From Candidatus Thorarchaeota archaeon (GTDB taxonomy: Archaea; Asgardarchaeota; Thorarchaeia; Thorarchaeales; Thorarchaeaceae), in NCBI GenBank assembly GCA_016839605.1, contig JAEOTX010000241.1:1-32516 (forward strand): 32,516 nucleotides of DNA, given 5' to 3'. Below are positions 7,942 through 17,481 of the stretch, piece by piece. Numbering within the stretch: position 1 is the stretch's first letter; the number at the start of each line of letters is the position of its first letter. The notes under the pieces were generated by a model. That model was not told where the DNA came from. It did no database searches and was given only the letters and a program-made list of their open reading frames with translations. The translations under genes and the position numbers were made by a program.

Positions 7942-8400
7942 TCAGATCTTTTTCAGTGCGGCCTTCACCATGGCGGTGATTCGATCTTCATCTATGTCAG
8001 TCTTCTTGGCCACCTTGTCAATATCGCAATAGGCCAAATCGGATAATGACCTTATGCCAGCTGCTACTAACTGCTCTGCTTCAGATTTTTTGACAGCCCT
8101 AAGGGATGAAAGCTCTTTGACCGCCTTGTCATCCTTCTTTGTAGGCTTTGGCTTAGCTACTTCAGTCTTGGTTAGCTCAGCAACGAGGTCATCCAAGTCT
8201 TTGACGTATTGCTTCAGAGCTTCCACGTTCTCCTCATGGGTAGTCTTACGTCTCAAATCTATTATGAGTCCCATGCGGCGCGCCTCCTCAATCGCAAGTC
8301 CGGCCTGCTTTGTCTCATCAATACTAAATCCCCGACCACGACGTGGAACGGCTTTGCCGGGTGACTTAACGCGGGACTCTGCCGCAAATTCGAAGCTCAT
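7942..8400 (-). CDS. rpl13e: 50S ribosomal protein L13e (eL13) with C-terminal helix-hairpin-helix extension
   Basis: RRGRGFSIDE.KQAGL...AR.MG..ID.RRKT.HEENVEAL is the archaeal L13e signature. An extra ~55-aa HhH-like tail follows. Confidence 0.9.
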   Translation of the reverse strand: MSFEFAAESRVKSPGKAVPRRGRGFSIDETKQAGLAIEEARRMGLIIDLRRKTTHEENVEALKQYVKDLDDLVAELTKTEVAKPKPTKKDDKAVKELSSLRAVKKSEAEQLVAAGIRSLSDLAYCDIDKVAKKTDIDEDRITAMVKAALKKI

Positions 8401-8473
8401 ACAAAATCACCAAATTCGGCACGCCAGCCTGTGGACTGCTTATTAGGCTTTCGAGATGGCAAACATTTGCGGG

Positions 8474-8875
8474 TTACATCACTTCAATTTCAGCATAGAC
8501 GTTTCTTACTTGTCTAGTCCTCAGATATACGATTATGACAGTATGGAGAAGGATAAACGGAATGCTAAATGACAGAAGGTACATTACAAGCGCCGCAACA
8601 TTCACTGCAAGAGCAATCCTCCAAGACCAAGGTTTCAGTTGCCAAAGCCCCCATCCCGTAGGTATTGCAATTACTGATAAGGCTCCGAGAATTACTCCGT
8701 CTGCAACAAATGCGATCACATAACCCGGAGGCCCTGGATATAAACCCCCAGCGAAATACATTAACGTAAAGACAAAACCTAGAATTCCTGACATAAACAC
8801 TAGAGTGGCTACAATTGTAACTGTTGTATCCATTTCGTCTACTTCTGCAGAGAGATCATCCGTCAATTGTGACAT
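8474..8875 (-). CDS. Small 4-TM membrane protein (GxGLW...W.W family)
   Basis: Hydrophobic helices with GWGLWQLKPWSW...IIVYL; related to 31589..31942. Confidence 0.7.
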   Translation of the reverse strand: MSQLTDDLSAEVDEMDTTVTIVATLVFMSGILGFVFTLMYFAGGLYPGPPGYVIAFVADGVILGALSVIAIPTGWGLWQLKPWSWRIALAVNVAALVMYLLSFSIPFILLHTVIIVYLRTRQVRNVYAEIEVM

Positions 8876-9010
8876 TATTTATTCCCAATACTTATGAATA
8901 GGATATTTCGCTATTATGCAATTCGTCTGAAGTTTCTCCCTTCAGAGTACCAAAGGTTTCATTTGATTATGGAAAAGATGTGACTTGGCGAGATGCAATG
9001 TCTGGATAGG

Positions 9011-9355
9011 TCATAGATTACTGTGTTGTCTGAACAAGTCAAAGAGTGCGAGTCCAAGTAGAACAACAAGAACCAATGTAACGTAAGAAGGAAGCACTCC
9101 CATAATGAATATGAGATAGCCTATAGTAATAGTCCAGACAGAGATTATTCCAGAACTTAACATAAATCTCACTCTACGCTGACCTGGTGTTGCAGTTCTG
9201 TCTATTCCTCCCCTGAACATTACACCAGTTCTCCAGACAAAGAAATAGACGGCACCAAAAAGAATTGATAGCGCCAGAATTAGGAAAGACGGCATTGAGC
9301 CGTCAGGATCTACTATAGGTATTTGGAGTGACATCATTGAGTCATCTCTTATCAC
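9011..9355 (-). CDS. Hypothetical 3-TM membrane protein
   Basis: Three hydrophobic segments; start uncertain. Confidence 0.55.
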   Translation of the reverse strand: MIRDDSMMSLQIPIVDPDGSMPSFLILALSILFGAVYFFVWRTGVMFRGGIDRTATPGQRRVRFMLSSGIISVWTITIGYLIFIMGVLPSYVTLVLVVLLGLALFDLFRQHSNL

Positions 9356-9444
9356 ACAGAATCTCTCTTCCAGTGTATAAGGACACCAATCGAGTAATGA
9401 ACTGTCCGATCAGAAGTGGATAGTGATTGACCAGAAAGTCCTGT

Positions 9445-9660
9445 TTACTCCCTCTTCCTCGTCAGCAGGATTGCCATTGTCAACATTATTAGTGGAATTA
9501 GAATGCTCAGAGGGAGTATGATAAATAGCAAGGGCATTTGGATATCCATTCCTCGAGGGAGCATTTCCAGAAGTACAAACACAACAGTCACCCCAAGCAG
9601 AATGCTCATCACAATCAGAATGCCACTGATAATATAGGCCCATTTGGGTGGTCTGCTCAT
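9445..9660 (-). CDS. Hypothetical 2-TM small membrane protein
   Basis: MSRPPKW followed by two TM helices and a basic C-terminus (RKRE). ATG 9660 is preferred over TTG 9669. Confidence 0.5.
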   Translation of the reverse strand: MSRPPKWAYIISGILIVMSILLGVTVVFVLLEMLPRGMDIQMPLLFIILPLSILIPLIMLTMAILLTRKRE

Positions 9661-9764
9661 AGAGTTCAACTGTGTTCCATGTAACCCTCACTCTTTTTTA
9701 CACTTATAGATTTGGCCAGGCAATGGTTCACTGCAGAAGGAGATCAACACTTCGGAGATAGACG

Positions 9765-10586
9765 TCAAAAATCCTCGAGCGTCGTTTGTGTGACTGACAT
9801 GTGCTTGAGCATCAAACCCAGTTTCTGCTGCTGTCTGGGATTGATTTTACCCATTAGCTGCAGCATTTGCAATCCATTAAATGGAGCATTGCCGCTGAAA
9901 TGGTTGTTCCAGTATCCAAGAACAGATTCAGTCCGACTCATGATATCTTCCAAACGAGGCTTCCATTCTTCCAATTCCTTGATGGAGTAGAGATAGTTAT
10001 ACCACGGATTAACTCCATGGCCATGCCATCTGATATACGCGAAGTCCGTGGTGACACGTAAGTCAATTGGCAGTTTGGGTTCATCAACAATCACATATGC
10101 AACACCATAGTCCTCAAGCAGTTTTGAAGTCCTTTGAGACAACCAACTCTCATCCCTGAACTCAATAGCATACCTAAAGGACGTATCAAGTTCAGAGAGA
10201 AACGCCTCGAGATTGGCCATCTTGGATATATCCCAGGGAGGTAGTTGAATGAGTAAGGCTGCAATCTTCTCCTTAACAGGACTCATCAGCGAAAAGAAGG
10301 ACCTGAGCGCTTCACCGCCCTCCCCTGATAGATTCAATCGACTATCATGCGTCACTTTCTTTGGAAGCTTAGCAGTAAAGAATCTGTCATTCTTAATCGA
10401 AGCAAGATGCTTCACGAAGTTGGGTTGTGGGAGAGCATAGAAAGTCGAATTGATCTCTGCAGTTTCAAAGATTGCAAGGTACTGCTGGAGAAGAGAACTT
10501 CGGGAGTGATAGAACACTTCCTTCCAATCTGCCTCATACGACCATCCACTTGTGCCAATATGGAGTCCCTTTCGTGTCAATGTCAC
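9765..10586 (-). CDS. DUF72 (YecE/YunF-like) TIM-barrel protein
   Basis: IGTSGWSY, EINSTFY, F.AKLP...TH, LLIQLPP, AIEFR, YIRWHG, YWNN are the DUF72 motifs. Confidence 0.93.
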   Translation of the reverse strand: MTLTRKGLHIGTSGWSYEADWKEVFYHSRSSLLQQYLAIFETAEINSTFYALPQPNFVKHLASIKNDRFFTAKLPKKVTHDSRLNLSGEGGEALRSFFSLMSPVKEKIAALLIQLPPWDISKMANLEAFLSELDTSFRYAIEFRDESWLSQRTSKLLEDYGVAYVIVDEPKLPIDLRVTTDFAYIRWHGHGVNPWYNYLYSIKELEEWKPRLEDIMSRTESVLGYWNNHFSGNAPFNGLQMLQLMGKINPRQQQKLGLMLKHMSVTQTTLEDF

Positions 10587-10679
10587 ACAATATTGTTGGA
10601 AACAAAGGGGTTTCTATCTTCCGGCATTGACGAAGAGATTCATAAGAGACAATGACTGCGAACCAATTGTGATTGACCA

Positions 10680-10991
10680 ATGAAGGCGAAAGGGATCAAG
10701 GCTGAGTTCAACAATCTCGAGATACACATGGGCGACTTTCGTGACAGAGGCTTCAAGATGAAGTGCGATGTATCTTACGAAGACCTTCTCTTGGTCATGG
10801 ATGGAGGGAAGAGGACTGCTCGTCTTCATGCACGCAACATCAACAACGTGCATCTTGAAAAGAAAGCAATACGTATAGCAGCATTGAACTTCGAGGTTGC
10901 AGAGGGGGAGCAGGTCAGCGTTGCCAGTGGTTCAATAAGACTGGAGCTTGGCAAGGATTCAGAGGCATGGTACCGGGAGCTCTGGGGCTGA
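10680..10991 (+). CDS. Hypothetical protein, possible PH-like fold
   Basis: Run of predicted beta-strands ending in a Trp-containing helix (DSEAWYREL). Codirectional with glnA. Confidence 0.6.
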   Translation: MKAKGIKAEFNNLEIHMGDFRDRGFKMKCDVSYEDLLLVMDGGKRTARLHARNINNVHLEKKAIRIAALNFEVAEGEQVSVASGSIRLELGKDSEAWYRELWG

Positions 10992-11060
10992 CAGCTCGAA
11001 CTGGAACATCTTAAATACTGGACATTAAGAGCCGACACCTGTCTACTCGTGGTGATTCGG

Positions 11061-12368
11061 ATGTCTGAGCAGATAGAATATGTTGAGCTTCGATTTGTGG
11101 ATATTCTGGGTCGAATAAAGGCTATGATTGTTCCTTGTAATCCAGCGGACACACTAGATGAGCTTCGAAAGGATCCAGTGCTTGCTAAGGGTACGAGCTT
11201 AGATGGGAGTTCAGTTGCTGGACTCTCAATGGTTGAATCCTCAGACCTCCGTTTGGTGCCTGATTCAGATTCATTGATTGAACTCCCGTATTCAATCCAG
11301 AGAACGGCTGCTGTTATGTGTTCAGTGAGCGAAAAGGAAGGGATAGAGGGCAGAGAAGCAATCTACCCGCTGGACAGTAGAGGGGCACTCCATACAGTCT
11401 GTGAAAAACTTCTGCCTGGAAAGATGTTCCTCAAGGCTAAGATTGAGCCCGAATTCCACTTCATTACGCAGGACGGAGAATTATTCGACATAGGTGGCTA
11501 TGCGGACACGTATCCTCAGAATCCTGGTTCTGATATTCTTCTCGAAATTGCCTCTGTTATTCGCGGTATGGGAATGAAACCCCGAGTAATTCATCATGAA
11601 GTAGGAGAGTCGCAGCAGGAAATCGAGATTTCATATGCTGATATAAGGCAGATGGCCGACTTCATCCTGATTTTCAAGAATCTAACCCGCACAGTTGCAG
11701 CTAGTCGAAACATCGATGTTACCTTCATGCCAAAACCCTTCGAAGGTGCCGCAGGGAACGGGCTTCATTGTCATCTTCAGCTCTGGGATGGAAATGAGAA
11801 TCTCTTTGGCAGTGAGGACGATGGTCATCTGTCGGAAATTGGAAAGAGCTTCATTGCTGGTCTTCTTGAACATGCCCCGGCTCTGACTGCAATAGCAAAC
11901 CCAACTATAAATTCCTACAAGCGACTTGTTCCACATCATGAGGCTCCGGTGTATATCACATGGGGCTTCAGAAACAGAACGGTTCTAGTAAGAGTGCCAC
12001 TCTTCAATGACAAGCAGAAAGCTGCCGCGGAGTTAAGGTCTCCAGACGCAACTGCCAATCCCTATCTTCTATTCTCAGCAATTGTAGCTGCAGGCATGGA
12101 CGGAGTGAATCAGGAGTTGAATCCTCCAGATCCCAGGAGCGAGGACATTTTTCATCTCACTGATTCAGAGAGGGAGTCATTTGGAATCAAAATGCTACCT
12201 TCCTCACTGAGGGAGGCGCTCAATCACCTTGAGAAAGATGAGGTGATACGTGACGCCATTAGCTCCGAACTGGTTGATGCTTTTATCAAAGTGAAGCGTG
12301 ATGAATGGATTGAGTATGTGAACTATACCATTACTAGTTGGGAATGGTCGAAGTATCATTCTTTCTAA
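11061..12368 (+). CDS. glnA: Glutamine synthetase type I (GSI-alpha-like)
   Basis: DGSS, EPEF, HHEVG..QQEI, FMPKPF...GNGLHCH, NSYKRLVP..EAP, NRT..VRVP, ELRSPD..ANPYL. ATG 11061 follows a GGTGAT RBS. Confidence 0.9.
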   Translation: MSEQIEYVELRFVDILGRIKAMIVPCNPADTLDELRKDPVLAKGTSLDGSSVAGLSMVESSDLRLVPDSDSLIELPYSIQRTAAVMCSVSEKEGIEGREAIYPLDSRGALHTVCEKLLPGKMFLKAKIEPEFHFITQDGELFDIGGYADTYPQNPGSDILLEIASVIRGMGMKPRVIHHEVGESQQEIEISYADIRQMADFILIFKNLTRTVAASRNIDVTFMPKPFEGAAGNGLHCHLQLWDGNENLFGSEDDGHLSEIGKSFIAGLLEHAPALTAIANPTINSYKRLVPHHEAPVYITWGFRNRTVLVRVPLFNDKQKAAAELRSPDATANPYLLFSAIVAAGMDGVNQELNPPDPRSEDIFHLTDSERESFGIKMLPSSLREALNHLEKDEVIRDAISSELVDAFIKVKRDEWIEYVNYTITSWEWSKYHSF

Positions 12369-13534
12369 TGGTTCCTGAAGTATGCAGACAGTCTATCAAA
12401 TGCTTCATCCACAGCCTCAGGAGTAAGAGGCCCAATTGATATGCGGAGATGCGACTCCCCAGCCGCTCCGAAAATACTCCCTGGAAGAACTAGCATCTTT
12501 GTATCCCGAAGAATATCAAGTACAAGCTTCCGAGAATCGGTGCAATCGTTTACTCGAGGGAACATGTAGAATGTCGCAGGGGTCCTTGTGGTTTCGAGTG
12601 CCTGTATCTCACTGATCCGCAGATAAGCAAGGTCTCTCAATAGACTTAGCCTATTGAGTTCTTCCTGAATTTCATCAAGGCCATGTTTCAGTATTTCGAG
12701 AGCAAGCATCTGACCAGGAGTTGGAGCACAGATAGTTACAGTATCTTGCACCTTTAGAAACTCCTGCATGAATTCATCCGAGCCCACTATGTATCCTACT
12801 CGCCATCCACTCATTCCAAAGTCCTTGCTAAAGCTACCCAGTGAGATAATCCGGTCACGAGCATCGGACCTTGATTGTGGACTGTAATGAGTGGCACCTT
12901 CAAAAACAAGTCTACCATATGTTTCGTCGGATATCAGAATCAGATTCCTATCGATGCAAAGATCGACTAGAGCGTCAACGGTCTCTCGAGAATAAACTGC
13001 ACCAGTGGGATTGTTTGGAGAAGCAATGTAGATTACACGTGTATCCTTATCTATTGCAGATTCAATTTGTTCATAATCAATCTGAAATCCAGGGCCTACA
13101 GGAGCCTCTGTGATCTCTCCTCCCGCAAATCGTACGGCCATGACTGAGTTGAAATAATACGGAGCAGGCATCACCACCTTTTCGCCAGGTGACAGCAAGG
13201 TGAATATTGCGCCTGCGAAGGCCGCATTTGCTCCAGCTGTAATGGATATCTCTTTTTCAGGATTTATCTGGACATTCCAGTTCTGACGCAGGTAGATTGC
13301 TAACTCCTCTCTGAGCTCAAGGTGTCCTTGATCAGGCGTGTATCTATGCGTTGCTGGATGCAGTAAAGTATCTCCAAATGCCTTTAGAGCATCCGTGGGA
13401 GGATTGTGTCCAGGGAGGCCCTGACCAAGATTGAGGAAATCTGGCGATGATACATATCGTTGTGCGGCCTCAACCAGCTTTATGATTGGAGGGGGCATTA
13501 TCGAATCTGTGCGGAATTTCATCTGCGACACCAT
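12365..13534 (-). CDS. PLP-dependent aminotransferase class I/II
   Basis: NLGQG, PNNPTG, ISDETY, SFSKDFGMSGWRVG (PLP Lys). Confidence 0.93.
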   Translation of the reverse strand: MVSQMKFRTDSIMPPPIIKLVEAAQRYVSSPDFLNLGQGLPGHNPPTDALKAFGDTLLHPATHRYTPDQGHLELREELAIYLRQNWNVQINPEKEISITAGANAAFAGAIFTLLSPGEKVVMPAPYYFNSVMAVRFAGGEITEAPVGPGFQIDYEQIESAIDKDTRVIYIASPNNPTGAVYSRETVDALVDLCIDRNLILISDETYGRLVFEGATHYSPQSRSDARDRIISLGSFSKDFGMSGWRVGYIVGSDEFMQEFLKVQDTVTICAPTPGQMLALEILKHGLDEIQEELNRLSLLRDLAYLRISEIQALETTRTPATFYMFPRVNDCTDSRKLVLDILRDTKMLVLPGSIFGAAGESHLRISIGPLTPEAVDEAFDRLSAYFRNH

Positions 13535-13685
13535 CAGAAGGGACCACAGTCACTAAGTAGCAGATGTCAGGCTGTGATAAAGGCATATTGGCGGCGTTTG
13601 ATTCCAGCAAGACTGTAATCGCTGTCAGATGTTCATGTCAAGCTTAATATTGAGGTACATGATTGCCAACTCGGTGTTCTCAGTT

Positions 13686-14468
13686 ATGGGCGAAGAGTGT
13701 GAAGCCAAGATTCTAGGGTCGCCAGATGCTCAGGTTGTACAGACTCAGATGGAAATATCAATGGAAGCGCCACTTCTAGTCTGTTGCTTCCCGTCCGCGG
13801 GAGTGATTGGGACAATTGCAGCTAATACGATGATCGAGCAGTTCGAGATGGAAGAAGTTGCACATGTCAGGTCTAGGTACATGCCCTCCGCAGCTATCTT
13901 TCTAGATGGTAGACTCAGGCATCCATTCAGAATCTATGCCAAGCAGGAAAAGAACCTCCTTGTTGTCACTGCGGAACTCCCTGTCGCAGAAGAAGGCATG
14001 TACATGGTTAGCTCAGCTCTACTTGACTGGGCCACAACAATTGGCGTTAAGGAAGCAGTCATTCTAGATGGGATTCCAGTTCAAGGAATACCCACAGATA
14101 GGAAAGTCCTCTTTGCTGCCGAAGAAGAGAAGATTGCAGAGCTGGAGGAGGATGAGGAGATGGAGATTCTACAGAAAGGAATCATAACTGGAATTGCAGG
14201 TTCAATTCTCTCTGAAACCTTATGCCGAGATATGGTGGGCTTTGCTTTGCTAACACCAGCAATACCTATGATGCCAGATCCAGAAGGCGCTATACAAGTC
14301 CTCAAAGCGTTGAACAGGCTATATGATGTAGGAGTAGAAGTTTCAGAACTGATGGAAAGCGCTGAACAGATCCGTAAGAAGATGGAAGAGGTCGCCCAAC
14401 AGGTAGATGGCATCAGAAGACAACAGCCAGGTCCTTCAAGGGGCGGCTATGAAAGAATGTATGCATGA
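13686..14468 (+). CDS. Proteasome assembly chaperone, PAC2 family (PbaB-like)
   Basis: FPSAGVIGTIAA, P.RIY, G.ITGIAG.IL, PDPEGA, C-terminal HbYX motif (MYA). ATG 13686 is preferred over 13629. Confidence 0.88.
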   Translation: MGEECEAKILGSPDAQVVQTQMEISMEAPLLVCCFPSAGVIGTIAANTMIEQFEMEEVAHVRSRYMPSAAIFLDGRLRHPFRIYAKQEKNLLVVTAELPVAEEGMYMVSSALLDWATTIGVKEAVILDGIPVQGIPTDRKVLFAAEEEKIAELEEDEEMEILQKGIITGIAGSILSETLCRDMVGFALLTPAIPMMPDPEGAIQVLKALNRLYDVGVEVSELMESAEQIRKKMEEVAQQVDGIRRQQPGPSRGGYERMYA

Positions 14469-14472
14469 ACCT

Positions 14473-15030
14473 TCATTTGTCAGTGCACGTATTGTATGCC
14501 TCTTTGGCACCTGCGGCATTTCGTGTGCCAACTTTGCCCGGCCAATTGTCACAAATGACTTTCTGTATACTCTCAAGCTTCACAAGACCTGTTGCTTTAG
14601 CAAAAGCTCCAAGCATTGTAGTGTTGACAACTGGAAGACCCGCCACCATGAGTTTGTGCTTCAGAGCAATGCCTGTTCCATCGTAGGTATAGATGTGACC
14701 TTCTAGTTCCATCTCAGAGGGCTTTTTCTGGGTGTTAACTATGACTTTCCCGTTCTCCTTCAAACCCTCTGTTACATCTATGACGTCTATGATTCCTGAG
14801 TCAAGCACAGCAACAATATCTGGCTCGTATATCTGACTCCTCACATTTATCGTGGTGTGAGATATCCTTGTGAAGGCGATCACAGGAGCTCCACGTCGCT
14901 CAGATCCAAAGAAGGGAAATGCCTGTACTCCCTCATAGCCATCTATGTAGGCAGTCTTGGCTAGAAGCTCTGCGGAGGTTACACCACCCTGACCACCACG
15001 ACCGTGCCACCGAATTTCAATCATGGGCAT
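14473..15030 (-). CDS. porG: 2-oxoacid:ferredoxin oxidoreductase gamma subunit
   Basis: EIRWHGRGGQG, AFPFFGSERRGAPV.AFTR, NTTMLGA. Confidence 0.92.
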   Translation of the reverse strand: MPMIEIRWHGRGGQGGVTSAELLAKTAYIDGYEGVQAFPFFGSERRGAPVIAFTRISHTTINVRSQIYEPDIVAVLDSGIIDVIDVTEGLKENGKVIVNTQKKPSEMELEGHIYTYDGTGIALKHKLMVAGLPVVNTTMLGAFAKATGLVKLESIQKVICDNWPGKVGTRNAAGAKEAYNTCTDK

Positions 15031-15140
15031 TGGAATTGTCTCCTACTTGACCCTTGGCGAGCAACGCGAAGATAAAGGACTTTCGCTAAGACTATATGCA
15101 TCAGAAGATTCGTGTGCTTTAGCCCTGAGGTGGCACTAAG

Positions 15141-15950
15141 ATGGACGAGTTCATTGAGGCAAACCGAGAGATGTGGGAGGACCGCGTCGATGTCCACAAG
15201 GATAGCAAGTTCTACGATGTAGAGGGGTTCCTCAAGGGAAAACAGACTCTGGATCCAATAGAATTGGAGGAAATTGGTGATGTTTCTGGTAAGTCCCTCT
15301 TGCATCTACAGTGTCATTTTGGAATGGACACTCTCTCATGGGTGAGGCTTGGTGCCATAGCAACAGGTATGGACTTCTCCGAGAAGGCAGTGAACTTGGC
15401 AAAGAAACTGAGCAAGCAGATTGGAGTTGAGACTCGATTCATAACCTCTGATATCTACAAGCTGAAAGAGGTTCTTGATGAGGAATTTGATATAGTGTTT
15501 ACTTCAGGTGGTGTCCTAACCTGGCTACCTGACATTGTGGAGTGGGGAAAAGTTGCAGCGCGATATGTGAAGAGAGGGGGGTTCTTTTACATTCGCGAAT
15601 TCCATCCCTTCCCTTTTGTCTTTGATGATGAAAGAGATGACGAGGAACTGAAGCTCAGATACCCTTACTTCAAAACCGATGAGCCATTGATGTTTGAGGA
15701 TGATTCGACTTACGCTGATTCTACGGCGAAACTGCAATCCAGAAAATCATACGAGTGGTCACATAGTCTCTCAAGTGTGATTAACTCGCTCATTGATGCA
15801 GGACTCAGGATTGATTTCTTCAACGAGTTTCCATTTACAACTTGGAAAGCATTGCCCTTCCTAATGGAGGAAGAGAATGGTAGATGGGTCATGCCTTCTC
15901 ATCAAGAAAGCATGCCGCTAATGTATTCACTCAAAGCTACAAAGCTCTAG
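15141..15950 (+). CDS. Class I SAM-dependent methyltransferase
   Basis: LLHLQCHFGMD motif I variant, G.DFS, FDIVFTS.G, EFHP. Confidence 0.9.
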   Translation: MDEFIEANREMWEDRVDVHKDSKFYDVEGFLKGKQTLDPIELEEIGDVSGKSLLHLQCHFGMDTLSWVRLGAIATGMDFSEKAVNLAKKLSKQIGVETRFITSDIYKLKEVLDEEFDIVFTSGGVLTWLPDIVEWGKVAARYVKRGGFFYIREFHPFPFVFDDERDDEELKLRYPYFKTDEPLMFEDDSTYADSTAKLQSRKSYEWSHSLSSVINSLIDAGLRIDFFNEFPFTTWKALPFLMEEENGRWVMPSHQESMPLMYSLKATKL

Positions 15951-17314
15951 ATGCGTCCTTCAAGAATGCGTAAGACTCCCTCTGCTGAGTTTGCAGCCTG
16001 CTGTAAACCTACTCCGGCTCCTGCAGTGTCCGTTCCCACTATGTATAACCCTTTGATGGGGGTTTCTGGACCAGGTCTGTCCAAATCAGTCTGTCCAGGT
16101 ATGAGTGCAGCTCGAGTCGCATACGAACTCTGAACATGTTCCATCTCGATGTGATCTATCACCTCTGGATGGTAGGACCGTAGACCATTCTCCTTCACCA
16201 GTTTCACCATATCATCAGGCGTTTTCCCTTCTTGAAGAATCGTGGCTACGCCAAGGAGCTCCTTCCCTTCTGGCGCACAAGATGGATCAAATGTTGACAT
16301 AGAAATCATCCATGCCTCAGGACGGGGATGAACGATGACTCTGGACTTACGGTCGCCGATTACGACCTCATCAAGACCGAACCACATTGTGACTCCTTTT
16401 GTGAATTCCATGTGGTCCCATTTCTTGAAGAAATCTGTAGCAGTATCATTCTGGGTCTCCACTATTCTTGGCATTGACCAGAGTGGGATATTGCTCACTA
16501 CAGTAGCGTGTTCAAGCACATGTCCATTTGCGGTGACTGAAACCACTTGTCCATTCTCTTCAGTGATTCTCTCCACCTGTGCGTTCAGCACATAGTCACC
16601 ATCAATTATCTCTGTTACACGATCGACTAGAGACTGCATTCCACCAATGGCGATTCCTTCGTCATACTCAGAACCTCCAAAAATAAGCCTCTTTGCCGAT
16701 TGGAGCTTTGTGCTTTCCTTATCTGTGTCCTTCAATGTACGTAGTGCTTCATACGCTGAGGCACGAGTTATTGGAACTCCTGCAGCCATATAGATAGCGC
16801 TCTGCATGACATCGAGCATCACTTGATTTGTGGCTCCTTCTGACTCCATATACTCTTGGAAGGTGATGTCTTTGTGTTTCTGCATCTCCTCGAGCTTCAT
16901 TGTCTTAATTTTAGCACCAATCCTTGCGAGACCAAGTCGCCCTTTTGCTCCTGTAAGTGGCCACCGCAGAGTTTCACCCACCGTTGAGGGGATTGTTCCA
17001 ACTTTTTCATGAACTCTGAAGAACCAGCCCTCATGTAGAACAAACTCCGGGGGGGGATCGAGATAAGTCCGCAAGAACCTCGCAAAAGCGCCCCTCTTCA
17101 CCCGAGTGATGACATGCAGGCCCTGATCTAAGCGATATCCATCAACACAATACCCATGCCAGACTCCCCCTAGGCGATCAGCCATCTCAAGCATCAATAC
17201 CTTTTTGCCCTTAGCTGTCAGCCCGAGGGCCGTGAGCAGGCCCCCAGCACCAGCTCCGGCAATGATAGTATCATATTTTGAGGTGTCTACTTGGTCGATT
17301 GTGATCTCTCGCAT
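15947..17314 (-). CDS. FAD-dependent oxidoreductase, phytoene dehydrogenase-like (COG1233)
   Basis: IIAGAGAGG...LE...RLGG dinucleotide-binding motif, GGMQ, TPIKGLYIVG. ATG 17314 or TTG 17326. Confidence 0.85.
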   Translation of the reverse strand: MREITIDQVDTSKYDTIIAGAGAGGLLTALGLTAKGKKVLMLEMADRLGGVWHGYCVDGYRLDQGLHVITRVKRGAFARFLRTYLDPPPEFVLHEGWFFRVHEKVGTIPSTVGETLRWPLTGAKGRLGLARIGAKIKTMKLEEMQKHKDITFQEYMESEGATNQVMLDVMQSAIYMAAGVPITRASAYEALRTLKDTDKESTKLQSAKRLIFGGSEYDEGIAIGGMQSLVDRVTEIIDGDYVLNAQVERITEENGQVVSVTANGHVLEHATVVSNIPLWSMPRIVETQNDTATDFFKKWDHMEFTKGVTMWFGLDEVVIGDRKSRVIVHPRPEAWMISMSTFDPSCAPEGKELLGVATILQEGKTPDDMVKLVKENGLRSYHPEVIDHIEMEHVQSSYATRAALIPGQTDLDRPGPETPIKGLYIVGTDTAGAGVGLQQAANSAEGVLRILEGRI

Positions 17315-17481
17315 ACTCTCGCTCAAGTCAGCAGAAGGTCATCACTACTTAAGCTGTGCGCTAGAGGGTTATAGCTCAAAGCTCATTAACCACTCGATTT
17401 TTGTGTGCACTGGAATAGTGAAGAGAACGACTAGGATTAATAAGCATCAAAGATTCGAATCATGTATCAGGAGCCAGTTCA

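Noticed and set aside
15947-17314. Possible Rab-GDI homolog given the nearby trafficking-like genes
   Set aside because: It has an intact GxGxxG FAD motif and a phytoene-dehydrogenase-type C-terminus; no GDI-specific features were recognised.
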